Shown piece after piece: positions 62,031-64,000 of a stretch of DNA of 64,000 nucleotides. Every line of letters starts with the position of its first letter. Within the stretch, counting starts at the first letter, position 1. The notes beneath the pieces were generated by a model. It was given only the letters and a program-made list of their open reading frames with translations. It made no database searches and was not told the DNA's origin. The stretch covers positions 310,001 through 374,000 of the forward strand of contig JASTWF010000363.1 of assembly GCA_030390025.1 (NCBI GenBank), given 5' to 3'. A program made the translations under genes and the position numbers. The DNA is from Squalus acanthias (Eukaryota).

Positions 62031-63224
62031 TGACTCTGGAAGAAAATATGTACCATAGTCCAATCTGACTGGAATCACCCCATTCATTTCTAGTTTTCAC
62101 TTTCATGCAGGCCAAGGTGTAATACAGCCTAACCAGACTTCCCTTTAAATGTTTCCTGCAGACAGTACAGTGCACATCAACATGGGCCTACAACACCAAA
62201 AGACACATGTTTCAAAATTAGAATTATGCCCCATATTTTCCTTTATTGAACATGTTTACAGTTTCATTAAAACTAACACAAAGGAGAAAAAAATCATCAG
62301 TAGTTTACTCAGTAACTAAACCAATGAGTGATATTACGCTTGGGTTTAATTTACAATTTGGTGGCACAATAGGAGCATGGAATGGTTAGACATTTTCTTC
62401 ACACCTTCAAGTGTGAGCCTAAACAGTGAGTGCCATGCAACCGTGACGGGGCATCATAGTTTAAGTGATTGACTTTACAGATTTCCTTGTGGAAAGGTCA
62501 CTCAGGACAAATAAATGAATTCAGTGGACTGAAGATGAATCCAATTAGTACATCAACAAACTATGAACTATGAGTTGTACATGTGGCTTTGAATATTTTC
62601 CATCTGGTGCAGGGTAAGTAGGTGTATATCTGAATAGACAACATAGCAGTCTATTAACTCACTCTTAGTCCATTTGTTGTCGAGGGATGTGACACTGCTT
62701 GCTCAGTGGTGCCTGAACTACAGGGTCACAATTCTGTTGCAATATTGGGCCAGAATGGACAACATGAGAGCCAAGACCCTCAATAGATCTGTTGAACAAC
62801 TTCATGACTAAAAAATTAACAGTGAATATAGTCCAGACATATCCAGAATGCCCATCAATTTATCTGAAACAGCAAAAAAAATCCTATTCCCTTGATTCTG
62901 CTCAAAGGCCACAGGCAAATCAGCTTACAAGGCTGGAATCTTTCCTTCTCTTGGAAATCAATGTTTCTGTATTTGTTGCCTTGTAGGGTTGTCATAATTC
63001 TTTAAGTGGTATGCTGTTGTCTATACACCTGGCCACATCCTCAGGTGTTGTGGGGAGTTTCTTATGTTATCTTTCCTTTTTCTGGATTGGCATATGGTCC
63101 CAATGGACTGATGTCAAAACTATCTTAAAAGGATGTTGTTCTGTATATGATTTTCCTCAGGTAAATGTGGCCAGCCTGCTCCAGTAATGTGTGGAAGATG
63201 CCATATCATTAGAAAAGTAAAGAA

Positions 63225-64000
63225 ATCAGTTTTGATTCCATTACTCTTTTCAATTTTTATAAACGACCTAGACTCGGGTGTAGGGAGCAGCATTATAAAG
63301 TTTGCAAATGATACGAAACTTGGCAAAGTAGTAGAAAGTGATGAGGACAGTTGTAGACTTCGAGATGACATAGACAGGATGGTTAAATGGGCAGAAGCAT
63401 AGCAGATGGAGTTCAATGCGGAGAAGTGTGAAGTGATACACTTTGGGAAGACTAATATGGAAAGACAGTTTACTATAAATGGCACAATTTTGAAAAGTGT
63501 AAATGAGCAGAGAGACCTTGGTGTCCAAATACACAAATCCTTAAAGGTGGCAGGGCACGTTGATAAGGTGGTTAACAAAGCATATGGGTTACTTGGATTT
63601 ATAAATAGAGGCGTAGAATATAAAAGGAAAGAAATCATGCTAGAACTTTATAAATCATTGATTAGGCCTCAGATGGAGACTTGTGGACTTCAGGAAAGAT
63701 GTAAAGGCCTTAGAAAGGGTACAGAGGCGGTTTACCAGGATGTTACCAGGTATGAGGAACTTCAGTAATGAGGAAAGATTGGAAAAGTTAGGATTGTTCT
63801 CCTTGGAACAGAGAAGGCTAAGAGGTGACCTAATAGAGGTTTTCAAGATCATGAGAGGTTTAGATAGCGAAAAACTATTCCCTCTGGTGAGTGGGTCAAT
63901 AACTATAGCGGTCATAGATTTAAAATCATTGGTAAAAGATCTAGAGGAGAAATGAAGAGAAATTTTTTCATTCGGAAAGTTGGTGGGGTCTGGAAATCTC
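63225..64000 (+). mobile_element. CR1 LINE RT/C-terminal fragment, runs off the window edge
   Basis: [51 protein letters not shown]. Confidence 0.92.

Overview
Vertebrate genomic DNA, most likely a shark or other cartilaginous fish. This is inferred from the repeat content (CR1 and L2 LINEs, Deu-domain SINEs, Penelope-like fragments). The window holds the last six coding exons of makorin RING finger protein 1 (MKRN1) on the + strand (23584-54441) and its 3' UTR; I found no exons 1-2, so they probably lie upstream. The six exons join in frame only if the intron after 40133 uses a GC donor. Introns and flanks are dense with mobile elements: CR1 and L2 fragments, a Vingi-like LINE end, Tigger/pogo-type MITEs, a PIF/Harbinger relic and a 1.2-kb solo LTR. 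The most unusual items are two ~100-bp insertions flanked by target-site duplications (TSDs), each carrying an intact-looking minimal hammerhead ribozyme antisense to MKRN1, and a perfect 62-bp local inverted duplication. Nearly all other ORFs in the track are repeat-derived or spurious. No clearly new biological system is demonstrated. Repeat family names and orthologue comparisons come from recall, not from database searches.
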